Positions 1-10,057 of a DNA stretch of 64,000 nucleotides are shown in pieces. Source of the stretch: Escherichia coli. GTDB taxonomy: Bacteria; Pseudomonadota; Gammaproteobacteria; Enterobacterales; Enterobacteriaceae. Position 1 is the stretch's first letter; the number at the start of each line of letters is the position of its first letter. The translations under genes were made by a program, and so were the position numbers. The stretch lies in the NCBI RefSeq assembly GCF_051903065.1, contig NZ_CP178438.1. One strand, 5' to 3'. Under the pieces are notes generated by a model. That model was not told where the DNA came from. It saw only the letters and a list, made by a program, of their open reading frames with translations, and searched no databases.

Positions 1-615
1 GATGAGCCGATGGGCGCGCTGGATAAAAAGCTGCGTGACCGGATGCAGCTTGAAGTGGTGGATATTCTGGAGCGCGTCGGTGTGACCTGCGTGATGGTTA
101 CTCACGATCAGGAAGAGGCGATGACCATGGCGGGGCGTATCGCCATTATGAATCGTGGGAAATTTGTCCAGATTGGCGAACCGGAAGAGATCTACGAGCA
201 TCCGACTACCCGCTATAGCGCCGAATTTATTGGCTCGGTTAATGTCTTTGAAGGTGTACTCAAAGAGCGTCAGGAAGATGGTCTGGTGCTTTATTCGCCG
301 GGGCTGGTGCATCCACTGAAAGTCGATGCGGATGCTTCAGTGGTCGATAACGTGCCGGTACACGTAGCGCTGCGTCCGGAAAAAATCATGCTTTGCGAAG
401 AGCCGCCCGCCAATGGTTGTAACTTCGCGGTGGGGGAGGTGATACACATTGCCTATCTCGGCGATCTTTCGGTGTATCACGTTCGTCTGAAAAGTGGGCA
501 GATGATTAGCGCCCAGCTACAAAACGCCCATCGTCATCGTAAAGGGTTACCGACCTGGGGCGACGAAGTGCGTTTGTGCTGGGAAGTGGACAGCTGTGTG
601 GTGCTTACGGTTTAA
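1..615 (+). CDS. potG: Putrescine ABC transporter ATP-binding protein PotG, C-terminal part (5' end lies outside the window)
   Basis: In-frame ORF reaching the window edge; translation matches the PotG C-terminal region; followed by potH and potI. Confidence 0.9.
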   Translation, partial: DEPMGALDKKLRDRMQLEVVDILERVGVTCVMVTHDQEEAMTMAGRIAIMNRGKFVQIGEPEEIYEHPTTRYSAEFIGSVNVFEGVLKERQEDGLVLYSPGLVHPLKVDADASVVDNVPVHVALRPEKIMLCEEPPANGCNFAVGEVIHIAYLGDLSVYHVRLKSGQMISAQLQNAHRHRKGLPTWGDEVRLCWEVDSCVVLTV

Positions 616-624
616 GGAGCAAAG

Positions 625-1578
625 ATGAGTACACTTGAACCTGCTGCCCAGTCGAAACCGCCGGGCGGATTTAAGCTGTGGTTGTCGCAGTTGCAAATGA
701 ACCATGGGCGCAAACTGGTCATTGCGTTGCCGTATATCTGGTTGATCTTGCTGTTTCTGCTGCCATTTCTGATTGTCTTTAAAATAAGCCTGGCAGAGAT
801 GGCGCGCGCTATTCCACCTTATACCGAACTGATGGAGTGGGCTGACGGGCAATTTTCCATCACTCTTAATCTCGGTAATTTTCTGCAACTGACCGACGAT
901 CCGCTCTATTTCGATGCTTATCTCCAGTCGTTACAGGTGGCGGCGATTTCGACATTTTGCTGTTTACTGATCGGCTATCCGCTGGCGTGGGCGGTAGCGC
1001 ACAGTAAGCCTTCGACCCGTAATATCTTATTATTACTGGTAATCCTGCCGTCGTGGACCTCGTTTCTGATTCGTGTCTACGCCTGGATGGGAATATTAAA
1101 AAACAACGGTGTGCTGAATAATTTTCTGCTGTGGCTGGGGGTTATCGATCAACCGCTGACCATTCTTCATACCAATCTGGCAGTTTATATTGGCATTGTT
1201 TACGCCTACGTGCCGTTTATGGTGCTGCCGATTTATACCGCGTTGATTCGTATTGATTATTCGCTGGTGGAAGCAGCGCTGGATCTCGGTGCACGACCGC
1301 TGAAAACGTTCTTTACTGTGATCGTGCCGCTGACTAAAGGTGGGATTATTGCCGGATCGATGCTGGTGTTTATCCCAGCTGTGGGCGAGTTTGTGATCCC
1401 GGAACTGCTCGGTGGCCCGGACAGCATCATGATCGGGCGCGTGCTATGGCAAGAGTTTTTCAATAACCGCGACTGGCCGGTGGCCTCGGCGGTAGCGATC
1501 ATCATGTTGCTGCTGCTAATTGTGCCGATAATGTGGTTCCACAAACACCAGCAAAAAAGCGTGGGAGAACACGGATGA
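625..1578 (+). CDS. potH: Putrescine ABC transporter permease PotH
   Basis: 317-aa multi-TM ORF; RBS-like GGAG upstream; synteny potG-potH-potI. Confidence 0.93.
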   Translation: MSTLEPAAQSKPPGGFKLWLSQLQMNHGRKLVIALPYIWLILLFLLPFLIVFKISLAEMARAIPPYTELMEWADGQFSITLNLGNFLQLTDDPLYFDAYLQSLQVAAISTFCCLLIGYPLAWAVAHSKPSTRNILLLLVILPSWTSFLIRVYAWMGILKNNGVLNNFLLWLGVIDQPLTILHTNLAVYIGIVYAYVPFMVLPIYTALIRIDYSLVEAALDLGARPLKTFFTVIVPLTKGGIIAGSMLVFIPAVGEFVIPELLGGPDSIMIGRVLWQEFFNNRDWPVASAVAIIMLLLLIVPIMWFHKHQQKSVGEHG

Positions 1579-2420
1579 ATAATTTACCGGTAGTTCGTTC
1601 GCCCTGGCGGATTGTGATTTTGCTGCTGGGCTTTACCTTTCTCTACGCGCCAATGCTGATGCTGGTTATCTATTCGTTTAACAGCTCGAAGCTGGTGACG
1701 GTGTGGGCCGGCTGGTCAACGCGCTGGTATGGCGAATTATTGCGCGATGACGCGATGATGAGTGCGGTTGGTTTAAGTCTGACAATTGCGGCCTGTGCGG
1801 CGACGGCGGCGGCGATCCTCGGAACTATTGCGGCGGTGGTGCTGGTGCGCTTTGGCAGGTTTCGCGGATCAAATGGCTTTGCCTTTATGATCACCGCGCC
1901 GCTGGTAATGCCAGATGTCATCACGGGCTTGTCGCTGTTGTTATTATTCGTCGCGCTTGCTCATGCCATTGGCTGGCCTGCGGACCGCGGTATGCTTACC
2001 ATCTGGCTGGCGCATGTCACTTTCTGTACGGCTTATGTGGCAGTCGTTATTTCGTCGCGTCTGCGGGAACTGGATCGCTCGATAGAAGAAGCAGCGATGG
2101 ATCTCGGTGCGACGCCGCTGAAAGTGTTTTTCGTCATTACGCTACCGATGATCATGCCCGCGATCATTTCTGGCTGGTTACTGGCTTTTACTTTGTCGCT
2201 TGATGATCTGGTGATCGCCAGCTTTGTTTCCGGGCCGGGAGCCACCACGTTACCGATGCTGGTCTTTTCCAGCGTGCGGATGGGGGTGAATCCGGAAATC
2301 AACGCCCTGGCAACATTGATCCTCGGCGCGGTCGGAATTGTCGGATTTATCGCCTGGTATCTGATGGCTCGCGCAGAAAAACAGCGGATACGCGACATCC
2401 AGCGTGCAAGACGTGGCTGA
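1575..2420 (+). CDS. potI: Putrescine ABC transporter permease PotI
   Basis: Start placed at internal ATG 1575 (MNNLPVV..., 281 aa), overlapping the potH stop; permease-like hydrophobic sequence. Confidence 0.92.
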   Translation: MNNLPVVRSPWRIVILLLGFTFLYAPMLMLVIYSFNSSKLVTVWAGWSTRWYGELLRDDAMMSAVGLSLTIAACAATAAAILGTIAAVVLVRFGRFRGSNGFAFMITAPLVMPDVITGLSLLLLFVALAHAIGWPADRGMLTIWLAHVTFCTAYVAVVISSRLRELDRSIEEAAMDLGATPLKVFFVITLPMIMPAIISGWLLAFTLSLDDLVIASFVSGPGATTLPMLVFSSVRMGVNPEINALATLILGAVGIVGFIAWYLMARAEKQRIRDIQRARRG

Positions 2421-2479
2421 AGACACTAAAATTTGCCAACCTGGCTACATAATGCCGCGTATGTCGCGGCATTGTTTTC

Positions 2480-2968
2480 ATGGAAGACGAAACGTTGGGA
2501 TTTTTTAAGAAAACATCTTCATCTCATGCTCGCCTGAATGTGCCTGCGCTTGTGCAGGTGGCGGCGCTCGCCATTATTATGATCCGTGGCCTCGACGTGC
2601 TGATGATTTTCAATACGCTGGGCGTGCGCGGTATTGGCGAGTTCATTCATCGCAGCGTACAAACCTGGAGTTTAACGCTGGTCTTTTTAAGCAGTCTGGT
2701 GCTGGTTTTCATTGAGATCTGGTGTGCGTTTTCACTGGTGAAAGGGCGTCGCTGGGCGCGCTGGCTGTATCTGCTGACACAAATCACTGCCGCAAGTTAC
2801 TTGTGGGCGGCTTCGCTGGGGTACGGTTATCCGGAGCTGTTCAGCATTCCCGGTGAATCAAAACGTGAAATCTTCCATAGCCTGATGCTGCAGAAGCTGC
2901 CGGATATGCTCATCCTGATGCTGCTGTTCGTTCCCTCGACCAGTCGGCGGTTCTTCCAGTTGCAATAA
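2480..2968 (+). CDS. ybjO: Inner-membrane protein YbjO
   Basis: 162-aa hydrophobic ORF at the conserved position after potI. Confidence 0.85.
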   Translation: MEDETLGFFKKTSSSHARLNVPALVQVAALAIIMIRGLDVLMIFNTLGVRGIGEFIHRSVQTWSLTLVFLSSLVLVFIEIWCAFSLVKGRRWARWLYLLTQITAASYLWAASLGYGYPELFSIPGESKREIFHSLMLQKLPDMLILMLLFVPSTSRRFFQLQ

Positions 2969-3008
2969 TGTGTATAATCGTCGCCCCTGATGATGTGAAG
3001 GTCAATGT

Positions 3009-4136
3009 ATGCAGTGCGCACTTTACGACGCGGGTCGCTGTCGTTCCTGTCAGTGGATAACGCAGCCGATTCCAGAGCAACTCTCCGCTAAAACCGCCGA
3101 TCTTAAAAATCTGCTCGCCGACTTTCCGGTTGAGGAATGGTGCGCGCCGGTGTCAGGCCCGGAACAAGGGTTTCGTAATAAAGCCAAAATGGTGGTGAGT
3201 GGTAGCGTTGAAAAACCACTGCTCGGTATGCTGCATCGCGACGGCACACCGGAAGACCTTTGTGACTGCCCGCTTTATCCTGCCTCATTTGCGCCCGTTT
3301 TTGCGGCGCTAAAACCGTTTATCGCCCGAGCGGGGTTAACGCCCTACAACGTGGCGCGTAAGCGTGGCGAACTGAAATACATTCTGCTGACTGAAAGCCA
3401 GAGCGATGGCGGCATGATGCTGCGCTTTGTACTGCGTTCTGATACCAAGCTGGCGCAACTGCGTAAGGCGCTGCCGTGGTTACACGAACAACTACCGCAG
3501 CTGAAAGTTATTACCGTCAATATTCAGCCGGTACATATGGCGATTATGGAAGGGGAGACGGAGATCTACCTGACCGAACATCAGGCACTGGCAGAGCGTT
3601 TTAATGACGTACCGCTGTGGATCCGTCCGCAAAGTTTCTTCCAGACTAATCCGGCGGTCGCCAGCCAGCTGTACGCTACCGCGCGCGACTGGGTACGACA
3701 ACTGCCGGTTACACATATGTGGGATCTGTTCTGTGGCGTGGGGGGCTTTGGTTTACACTGCGCGACGCCTGACATGCAGTTAACCGGGATCGAAATTGCG
3801 CCAGAGGCCATTGCCTGTGCAAAGCAGTCAGCCGCTGAACTGGGCTTAACGCGTTTGCAATTTCAGGCGCTGGACTCCACTCAGTTTGCCACCGCTCAGG
3901 GGGAGGTGCCGGAGCTGGTGCTGGTTAACCCGCCGCGCCGCGGCATTGGTAAACCGCTGTGTGATTATCTCTCAACGATGGCACCGCGTTTTATCATCTA
4001 CTCCAGCTGTAACGCCCAAACTATGGCGAAAGATATCCGAGAACTGCCTGGTTATCGCATTGAACGGGTGCAGCTTTTCGATATGTTCCCTCACACCGCG
4101 CATTATGAAGTGTTGACGCTGCTGGTAAAAATTTAA
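3009..4136 (+). CDS. rlmC: 23S rRNA (uracil-C5)-methyltransferase RlmC (RumB)
   Basis: 375-aa ORF with N-terminal Cys cluster ([14 protein letters not shown]) and SAM-methyltransferase motifs ([10 protein letters not shown]). Confidence 0.9.
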   Translation: MQCALYDAGRCRSCQWITQPIPEQLSAKTADLKNLLADFPVEEWCAPVSGPEQGFRNKAKMVVSGSVEKPLLGMLHRDGTPEDLCDCPLYPASFAPVFAALKPFIARAGLTPYNVARKRGELKYILLTESQSDGGMMLRFVLRSDTKLAQLRKALPWLHEQLPQLKVITVNIQPVHMAIMEGETEIYLTEHQALAERFNDVPLWIRPQSFFQTNPAVASQLYATARDWVRQLPVTHMWDLFCGVGGFGLHCATPDMQLTGIEIAPEAIACAKQSAAELGLTRLQFQALDSTQFATAQGEVPELVLVNPPRRGIGKPLCDYLSTMAPRFIIYSSCNAQTMAKDIRELPGYRIERVQLFDMFPHTAHYEVLTLLVKI

Positions 4137-4190
4137 ATACATCACGGCAGTAAATTTTTCGGCAACAACTATTCACTCAAAATAATAATC

Positions 4191-4226
4191 GTGATCGATC
4201 GATTAATAATAACCGATCGATCACGG
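4191..4226. promoter_or_regulatory. Perfect 12-bp inverted repeat (cgtgatcgatcg / cgatcgatcacg) with 12-bp AT-rich spacer and four GATC sites; candidate operator or rlmC terminator
   Basis: Read directly from the sequence in the rlmC-PTS intergenic region. Confidence 0.4.
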
Positions 4227-4433
4227 TTATATATTGCTCTATTTTTGCAAATCAAATCACAAATAATCAAATAAGATCTTTAATTGAACTGTTTTGATTA
4301 CTACAGTGCACTTACCGAATACATACAGAGGCATTGCTTAGCGAAACACAAAATTTCCTGAGACATTATTAACGTCAGCAGAAGGTTCATGCATTGACAA
4401 CGGAAATGTACGCTTATGGAGGGCGTTCCGACG

Positions 4434-5759
4434 ATGTTTGCCAAATTCATAGATGTTATTCAAACGTTTTTAACTGAACCGGCAATTTTAATTGGTTTGC
4501 TGGTGGGTATTGGTTATGCCCTTGATAAGAAATCGCCAATAAAAATTATTACCGGCATGGTCAGCGCCATGGTGGGATTAATGATGGTGTTATTTGGTGG
4601 TTTCCAGTTTTCCGCAACATTTAAACCGGTAGCAGAAGCCGTAAGTAAAGCCTATGGTGTTCACGGATATTTAATGGATTCCTACGCAATGAAAGCGGCA
4701 ACGCAAATTGCACTGGGGGATAATTTTGGTTATGTCGGGTATGTATTTGTACTGGCGTTTTTTACCAACCTGCTGCTGGTATTATTTGGTCGGTATACTG
4801 GTGCCAAAGGGATATTTTTGACAGGGAATACCGGTGTTTCACATTCTCAGGCGGTATTATGGTTGATTGTCTTTTGGCTGGGTTTTAGCTGGACTACATC
4901 CATTATTATTGCCGGAATATTAACGGGTGTATTCTGGGCGTTCTCCACCACGCTCATTGTTAAGCCCATTGCCAAAGTTACCAAAGATGCCGGTTTTACC
5001 ATTGCTCATAACCAGATGTTGGGATTGTGGTTTTTCTCCAAATTCGCCCATAAATTTGGTGACCCTGAAAAGCACGATGCTGAAAACCTGAAACTTCCCG
5101 GGTGGCTGGCGATTTTTAACCATAACGTAACGGCTATCGCCATTGTGATGACGCTGTTTGTCGGTGGTTTCTTGCTATCAACGGGTATCGATAATGTCCA
5201 GTTAATGGCGAAAGGCAAGCCCTGGTACATCTATATCATCAACCTTGGCTTACAGTTCTCCATGTATATGGTCATTCTGCTGCAGGGTGTGCGCATGATG
5301 GTGGGCGAAATTAACGGTTCGTTTAAAGGCTGGCAAGATCGCTTTATTCCTAACGCTATTCCTGCTGTCGATGTTGCAGCGCTGTTACCTTTTTCACCCA
5401 ATGCCGCAACGTTAGGCTTCGTCTTCTGTACTTTTGGCACCATTTTTTCGATGGGGATATTATTACTGGTTCACAGCCCAATTATGGTATTGCCTGGCTT
5501 TGTACCTCTGTTTTTCTCTGGCGGTCCAATTGGCGTATTAGCAAACCGCATGGGCGGATACCGTTCCGTAATTATCTGTACGTTCTTGCTGGGTATTATT
5601 CAGACCTTCGGTACGGTGTGGGCTATTCCGTTAACCGGGCTTGCTGAAAATGGCGTCGGCTGGACAGGAATATTTGACTGGGCAACCGTATGGCCTGCTA
5701 TTTGTGAAGTTCTGAAATTTATCGCTGCAACATTCCATCTTGGTCCTTACGCGGGTTAA
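4434..5759 (+). CDS. PTS system EIIC component, L-ascorbate (UlaA/SgaT) family
   Basis: Multi-TM ORF with clear similarity to UlaA along its length (e.g. KLPGW, VRMxVGE, PGFxPxFFS motifs); start chosen at MFAKF (ORF track begins 4416). Confidence 0.8.
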   Translation: MFAKFIDVIQTFLTEPAILIGLLVGIGYALDKKSPIKIITGMVSAMVGLMMVLFGGFQFSATFKPVAEAVSKAYGVHGYLMDSYAMKAATQIALGDNFGYVGYVFVLAFFTNLLLVLFGRYTGAKGIFLTGNTGVSHSQAVLWLIVFWLGFSWTTSIIIAGILTGVFWAFSTTLIVKPIAKVTKDAGFTIAHNQMLGLWFFSKFAHKFGDPEKHDAENLKLPGWLAIFNHNVTAIAIVMTLFVGGFLLSTGIDNVQLMAKGKPWYIYIINLGLQFSMYMVILLQGVRMMVGEINGSFKGWQDRFIPNAIPAVDVAALLPFSPNAATLGFVFCTFGTIFSMGILLLVHSPIMVLPGFVPLFFSGGPIGVLANRMGGYRSVIICTFLLGIIQTFGTVWAIPLTGLAENGVGWTGIFDWATVWPAICEVLKFIAATFHLGPYAG

Positions 5760-5780
5760 TTAAATATTAAGGGTTTAAAA

Positions 5781-6101
5781 ATGAAAGATACAATTAATAT
5801 TCTGTTTGTCTGTGGTTACGGTGTAGGCAGTAGCGTTATGTTACAAACGGTCGTTAAAAAAGCGCTGACCAAATATGATTTCAAAGTTGAAATGGAACAT
5901 ACCGCCGCAGGTGAAGTCGGCGGGTTTACCGACTGGGCGGATATTTTTGCTATTTCCAAAAAATTACTCGATGTGGTTAGTCTTGACCCGAAACAAGGGC
6001 AATATTTGATTCCGATAGAGAATATTATGGACGGTGAAACTATTGGTCAGCAAATTTATGAAGTGGTTCAGCAACATTTTCCGCATTTAATTAATCAATA
6101 A
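5781..6101 (+). CDS. PTS system EIIB component (ascorbate/galactitol-type)
   Basis: 106-aa ORF with N-terminal phospho-cysteine loop ILFVCGYGVGSS like UlaB; immediately downstream of the EIIC gene. Confidence 0.8.
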   Translation: MKDTINILFVCGYGVGSSVMLQTVVKKALTKYDFKVEMEHTAAGEVGGFTDWADIFAISKKLLDVVSLDPKQGQYLIPIENIMDGETIGQQIYEVVQQHFPHLINQ

Positions 6102-6112
6102 GGTAGGGCGTA

Positions 6113-7594
6113 ATGAGAGCGATTATTCTACTGTTCGATAGTCTGAATAAACGTTATCTGCCACCTTATGGCGATGCGTTAACCAAAGCGCCTAATTTCC
6201 AACGTCTGGCGGCTCATGCCGCCACCTTTGAAAACAGTTACGTCGGCAGTATGCCGTGTATGCCTGCCCGGCGGGAGTTGCATACCGGGCGATGTAACTT
6301 CCTGCATCGGGAGTGGGGGCCGTTAGAACCGTTTGACGACTCCATGCCGGAGCTGCTTAAAAAGGCGGGGATCTATACCCACCTGATAAGCGATCATTTG
6401 CATTACTGGGAAGATGGCGGCGGGAATTATCATAATCGCTACAGTTCGTGGGAGATTGTGCGCGGACAGGAAGGCGATCACTGGCATGCGAGCGTTGCGC
6501 AACCGCCTATTCCCGAGGTGCTACGGGTGCCGCAAAAGCAGACCGGTGGCGGTGTTTCTGGTCTGTGGCGCCATGACTGGGCAAACCGGGAATATATTCA
6601 GCAGGAAGCGGATTTTCCACAAACCAAAGTGTTTGATGCAGGCTGTACCTTTATCCACAAAAATCACGCGGAAGATAACTGGTTATTGCAGGTCGAAACG
6701 TTTGATCCGCACGAGCCGTTTCACACAACGGAAGAGTATCTTTCCTTGTATGAAGATAACTGGGATGGACCGCATTATGACTGGCCGCGTGGCCGGGTGC
6801 AGGAGAGCGACGAGGCCGTGGAGCACATCCGTTGCCGGTATCGTTCGCTGGTGTCGATGTGCGATCGCAACCTGGGGCGCATTCTCGACCTGATGGATGA
6901 GCACGATCTGTGGCGAGATACCATGCTGATTGTCGGCACTGACCACGGCTTTTTACTCGGTGAGCATGGCTGGTGGGCGAAAAACCAGATGCCTTATTAC
7001 AACGAAGTTGCCAATAATCCGTTGTTTATCTGGGACCCGCGCAGTGGTGTAAAAGGAGAGCGGCGACAGGCACTGGTACAAATGATCGACTGGGCGCCAA
7101 CGTTGTATGACTTTTTTCAACAGCCAGTGCCGCCCGATGTGCAGGGGCAACCGCTGGCGAAAACGGTCAGTCACGATGAACCAGTACGCAGCTCGGCGAT
7201 GTTTGGTGTCTTCAGTGGTCATGTTAACGTAACCGATGGGCGTTTTGTCTATATGCGTGCAGCGCTGCCGGGGCGTGAGGATGATATTGCCAACTACACG
7301 TTGATGTCCTGCAAAATGAACAGCCGCTATCCGGTGGATGAGATGCGGGCTTTATCGCTGGCCCCACCGTTTCGTTTTACCAAAGGGTTACAGGTATTAC
7401 GCATCCCGGCACAGGAAAAATATAAGGGGTTGAATCAGTTTGGTCATTTGCTGTTTGATCTGCAAAACGATCCGCAGCAGCTACATCCGATTCATGATGA
7501 TGTGATTGAGTCCCGGATGATCGCGTTGCTGATTCAGTTGATGAAAGATAATGATGCGCCGCCAGAGCAGTTTCAGCGCCTGGGATTAGCGTAG
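6113..7594 (+). CDS. Cys-type sulfatase-like hydrolase (alkaline phosphatase superfamily), predicted cytoplasmic
   Basis: 493-aa ORF; N-terminal IILLFDSL metal-binding motif and sulfatase signature C-M-P-A-R-R-E-L-H-T-G-R; no signal peptide evident. Confidence 0.75.
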   Translation: MRAIILLFDSLNKRYLPPYGDALTKAPNFQRLAAHAATFENSYVGSMPCMPARRELHTGRCNFLHREWGPLEPFDDSMPELLKKAGIYTHLISDHLHYWEDGGGNYHNRYSSWEIVRGQEGDHWHASVAQPPIPEVLRVPQKQTGGGVSGLWRHDWANREYIQQEADFPQTKVFDAGCTFIHKNHAEDNWLLQVETFDPHEPFHTTEEYLSLYEDNWDGPHYDWPRGRVQESDEAVEHIRCRYRSLVSMCDRNLGRILDLMDEHDLWRDTMLIVGTDHGFLLGEHGWWAKNQMPYYNEVANNPLFIWDPRSGVKGERRQALVQMIDWAPTLYDFFQQPVPPDVQGQPLAKTVSHDEPVRSSAMFGVFSGHVNVTDGRFVYMRAALPGREDDIANYTLMSCKMNSRYPVDEMRALSLAPPFRFTKGLQVLRIPAQEKYKGLNQFGHLLFDLQNDPQQLHPIHDDVIESRMIALLIQLMKDNDAPPEQFQRLGLA

Positions 7595-7603
7595 AGAAGT
7601 GAT

Positions 7604-7637
7604 TTTGCCGGAGTGGGTGTTCGCCCACTCCGGCAAA
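7604..7637. terminator. Bidirectional stem-loop terminator between the sulfatase gene and artJ
   Basis: GC-rich hairpin ttgccggagtggg...cccactccggcaa flanked by T/A runs. Confidence 0.55.
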
Positions 7638-7644
7638 TGAATAA

Positions 7645-8376
7645 TTATTGCGGGAACCACTGATCGCTGATTTTCTGATATGTACCGTCAGCTTTAATTG
7701 CTGCCAGCGCGTTATTCAGTTTTTCCAGCAGAGCTTTGTTATCCGGACGTACAGCGATACCCAGGCCGGTGCCGAAGTATTGCGGATCGGTCACTTTTTC
7801 AGTAGCAACGCCCAGTTGCGGATTGGTTTTCAGCCATTCATTAACCACCGCAGTGTCACCAAATACGCCATCAATACGGCCATTTTTCAGATCGATAAAG
7901 GCATTTTGATAACTGTCATAGGAGACCGTTTTCACTTCCGGGTGCTGATCCTGAATATATTTCTGGTGCGTGGTGCCGTTTTCCATCCCAATACGTTTGC
8001 CTTTCAGATCGGCAAACGTTTTGTAGGTATCTTTTTTGGCAATCACGACGGCTGAGTTTTCATAGTAGGGCGTGGTAAACGATACCTGTTTGCTACGCTC
8101 CGGGGTGATATCCATACCGGAGATTACGGCGTCATATTTTCTGAATTTCAGTGACGGGATCAGGCTGTCGAACGCGTGATTAGTAAAAGTACATTCTGCC
8201 TGCATCTGTTTGCATAACGCTTTTGCCAGGTCGATATCAAAGCCGACGATCTGGTTATTGGCATCCATCGACTCGAACGGCGGATAGGTCGCTGATACGC
8301 CAAAATTGATTTTCTCTGCGGCAGAAGCGCCGAACGCACAGGATGCCAGTAATGCGGCAAGAACTAACTTTTTCAT
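7645..8376 (-). CDS. artJ: Arginine ABC transporter periplasmic binding protein ArtJ
   Basis: 243 aa from MKKLVLAALL (signal peptide); periplasmic binding protein sequence; paralog of artI at 10058-10789. Confidence 0.9.
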   Translation of the reverse strand: MKKLVLAALLASCAFGASAAEKINFGVSATYPPFESMDANNQIVGFDIDLAKALCKQMQAECTFTNHAFDSLIPSLKFRKYDAVISGMDITPERSKQVSFTTPYYENSAVVIAKKDTYKTFADLKGKRIGMENGTTHQKYIQDQHPEVKTVSYDSYQNAFIDLKNGRIDGVFGDTAVVNEWLKTNPQLGVATEKVTDPQYFGTGLGIAVRPDNKALLEKLNNALAAIKADGTYQKISDQWFPQ

Positions 8377-8490
8377 GATGGAACTCCCGTCTGTCAATCT
8401 TATGATTATTGGCCGTGTCTGCGGCATGGGATAACAATGCCATCAAGTGAATTTATATGCAATAAATATGATTAAATAATTTGAATGAAA

Positions 8491-8530
8491 TAAAAAAAGA
8501 CGGACAACTTAGTGAGTTGTCCGTCTTTAT
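8491..8530 (-). terminator. Rho-independent terminator downstream of the artPIQM operon
   Basis: Hairpin agacggacaactt...agttgtccgtct followed by a T-run on the minus strand. Confidence 0.6.
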
Positions 8531-8544
8531 TATAAGAATTTATG

Positions 8545-8640
8545 CACTATGTAGGCCGGATAAGGCGTCCACGCCGCATCCGGCACAGGCACCGTGCTGA
8601 TGTCTGATGCGACGCTGGCGCGTCTTATCAGACCTACAAA
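8545..8640. repeat. REP (repetitive extragenic palindromic) element pair
   Basis: Two inverted copies of the gccggataaggcg...cgcatccggca type sequence typical of E. coli REP/BIME. Confidence 0.75.
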
Positions 8641-8666
8641 ACCCCCGGCGAATGTACGCAGCCACA

Positions 8667-9335
8667 TTAATTCCTTCGCTCAAACGCCAGCGCTTTGCGC
8701 TCGATCAGACGCATCATCAGCGTCAGCAGGCCGTTAACGATCAGGTAAATAATCCCCGCCGCGCCAAATACCATCACATCGTAGGTGCGCCCGTACAACA
8801 ACTGGCTGTAACCCATCACTTCCATCAGCGTAATGGTGTAAGCCAGAGAGGTACTTTTGAACACCAGCACCACTTCGTTGGAATAAGAAGAGAGTGAGCG
8901 TTTAAAGGCATACGGCAGCAGGATCGCCAGCGTATCTTTTTTACTCATTCCCAGAGCGCTACAGGATTGCCATTGACCTTCCGGGATCGCACGAATCGCA
9001 CCGTAAAACAGCTGCGTGGTGTACGCCGCACTGTTCAGCGATAACGCAATCAATGCACATAACCACGGTTCTGACAACAAATGCCACAGTGCCGGATACT
9101 CCTGCAACGTCGGGAACTGGCCCGGCCCGTAGTAAATCAGGAAGATCTGCACCAGCAGCGGCGTACCGGTAAACAGCGTGATATAACCCCGCACCAGCCA
9201 CACCAGCACCGGCGTTTTCAGCGTCAGGATGATGGTAAAAATCAATGCCAGAATCAGTGCCACAATCAGCGAGGCAACGGTTAGCGTCAGGCTGGTGTGC
9301 AGCCCTTTCATCAGTTCGGGTAAATACTCAAACAT
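8667..9335 (-). CDS. artM: Arginine ABC transporter permease ArtM
   Basis: 222-aa permease ORF; operon synteny. Confidence 0.9.
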   Translation of the reverse strand: MFEYLPELMKGLHTSLTLTVASLIVALILALIFTIILTLKTPVLVWLVRGYITLFTGTPLLVQIFLIYYGPGQFPTLQEYPALWHLLSEPWLCALIALSLNSAAYTTQLFYGAIRAIPEGQWQSCSALGMSKKDTLAILLPYAFKRSLSSYSNEVVLVFKSTSLAYTITLMEVMGYSQLLYGRTYDVMVFGAAGIIYLIVNGLLTLMMRLIERKALAFERRN

Positions 9336-10051
9336 TAGCTGGGCCTCCGCTCAAAACGTGTCGCGCGCAGGTCAATGCGTTTGAGAATGTACTGACTGAG
9401 CAGGGTGATCACCAGGTAAATCGCCGCCGCCACAATGTACCAGGTAAATGGTTCCTGGGTACGAGTAGCGATGCTTTTGGTTTGCAGCATTAAATCATTC
9501 ACACTAATCAAACTGACCAGCGCGGTATCTTTCAGCAGCACCAGCCACTGGTTACCGAGGCCAGGCAGCGCATGACGCCACATCTGCGGCATCACCAGAC
9601 GGAAAAAGATAGCCGATTTCGACAGCCCCAGCGCCTGACCGGATTCCCACTGGCCCACCGGTACCGCTTTCAACGCGCCGCGCAGCGTTTGCGAGGCATA
9701 GGCGGCATACAGCAGTGACAGAGCGATGACACCACAAAGGAATGGACTCACGTCGAAGTTCTCAATGTCCATCTGCACCGGGATCTGCACGAACCCAAGA
9801 TTGATAGTGAAGCCATCCGAAAGCGTCAGCAGCAGCTGCGAGGAACCAAAATAGATAAACAGCACCACCAGAATTTCTGGCAGGCCACGCAGAATGGTTA
9901 CCAGCGCTGAACCTGCCCACGCGACAGGACGCCATTTTGCCGACTCCCATACCGCAAAGAACATCGCCAGCGCCAGCCCGACAATCAATGCACAAACGGC
10001 AAGGCCGACGGTCATCCCGGCGGCGCTTGCTAAAGGAAAAAATTCATTCAT
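9335..10051 (-). CDS. artQ: Arginine ABC transporter permease ArtQ
   Basis: 238-aa permease ORF; operon synteny. Confidence 0.9.
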
Positions 10052-10057
10052 CAGGAA

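Noticed and set aside
6414-7222. Alternative-frame and antisense ORFs of 87-159 aa inside the sulfatase gene
   Set aside because: They lie entirely within a well-supported 493-aa ORF with conserved sulfatase motifs, and their translations are Arg/Cys-rich, typical of off-frame reading.
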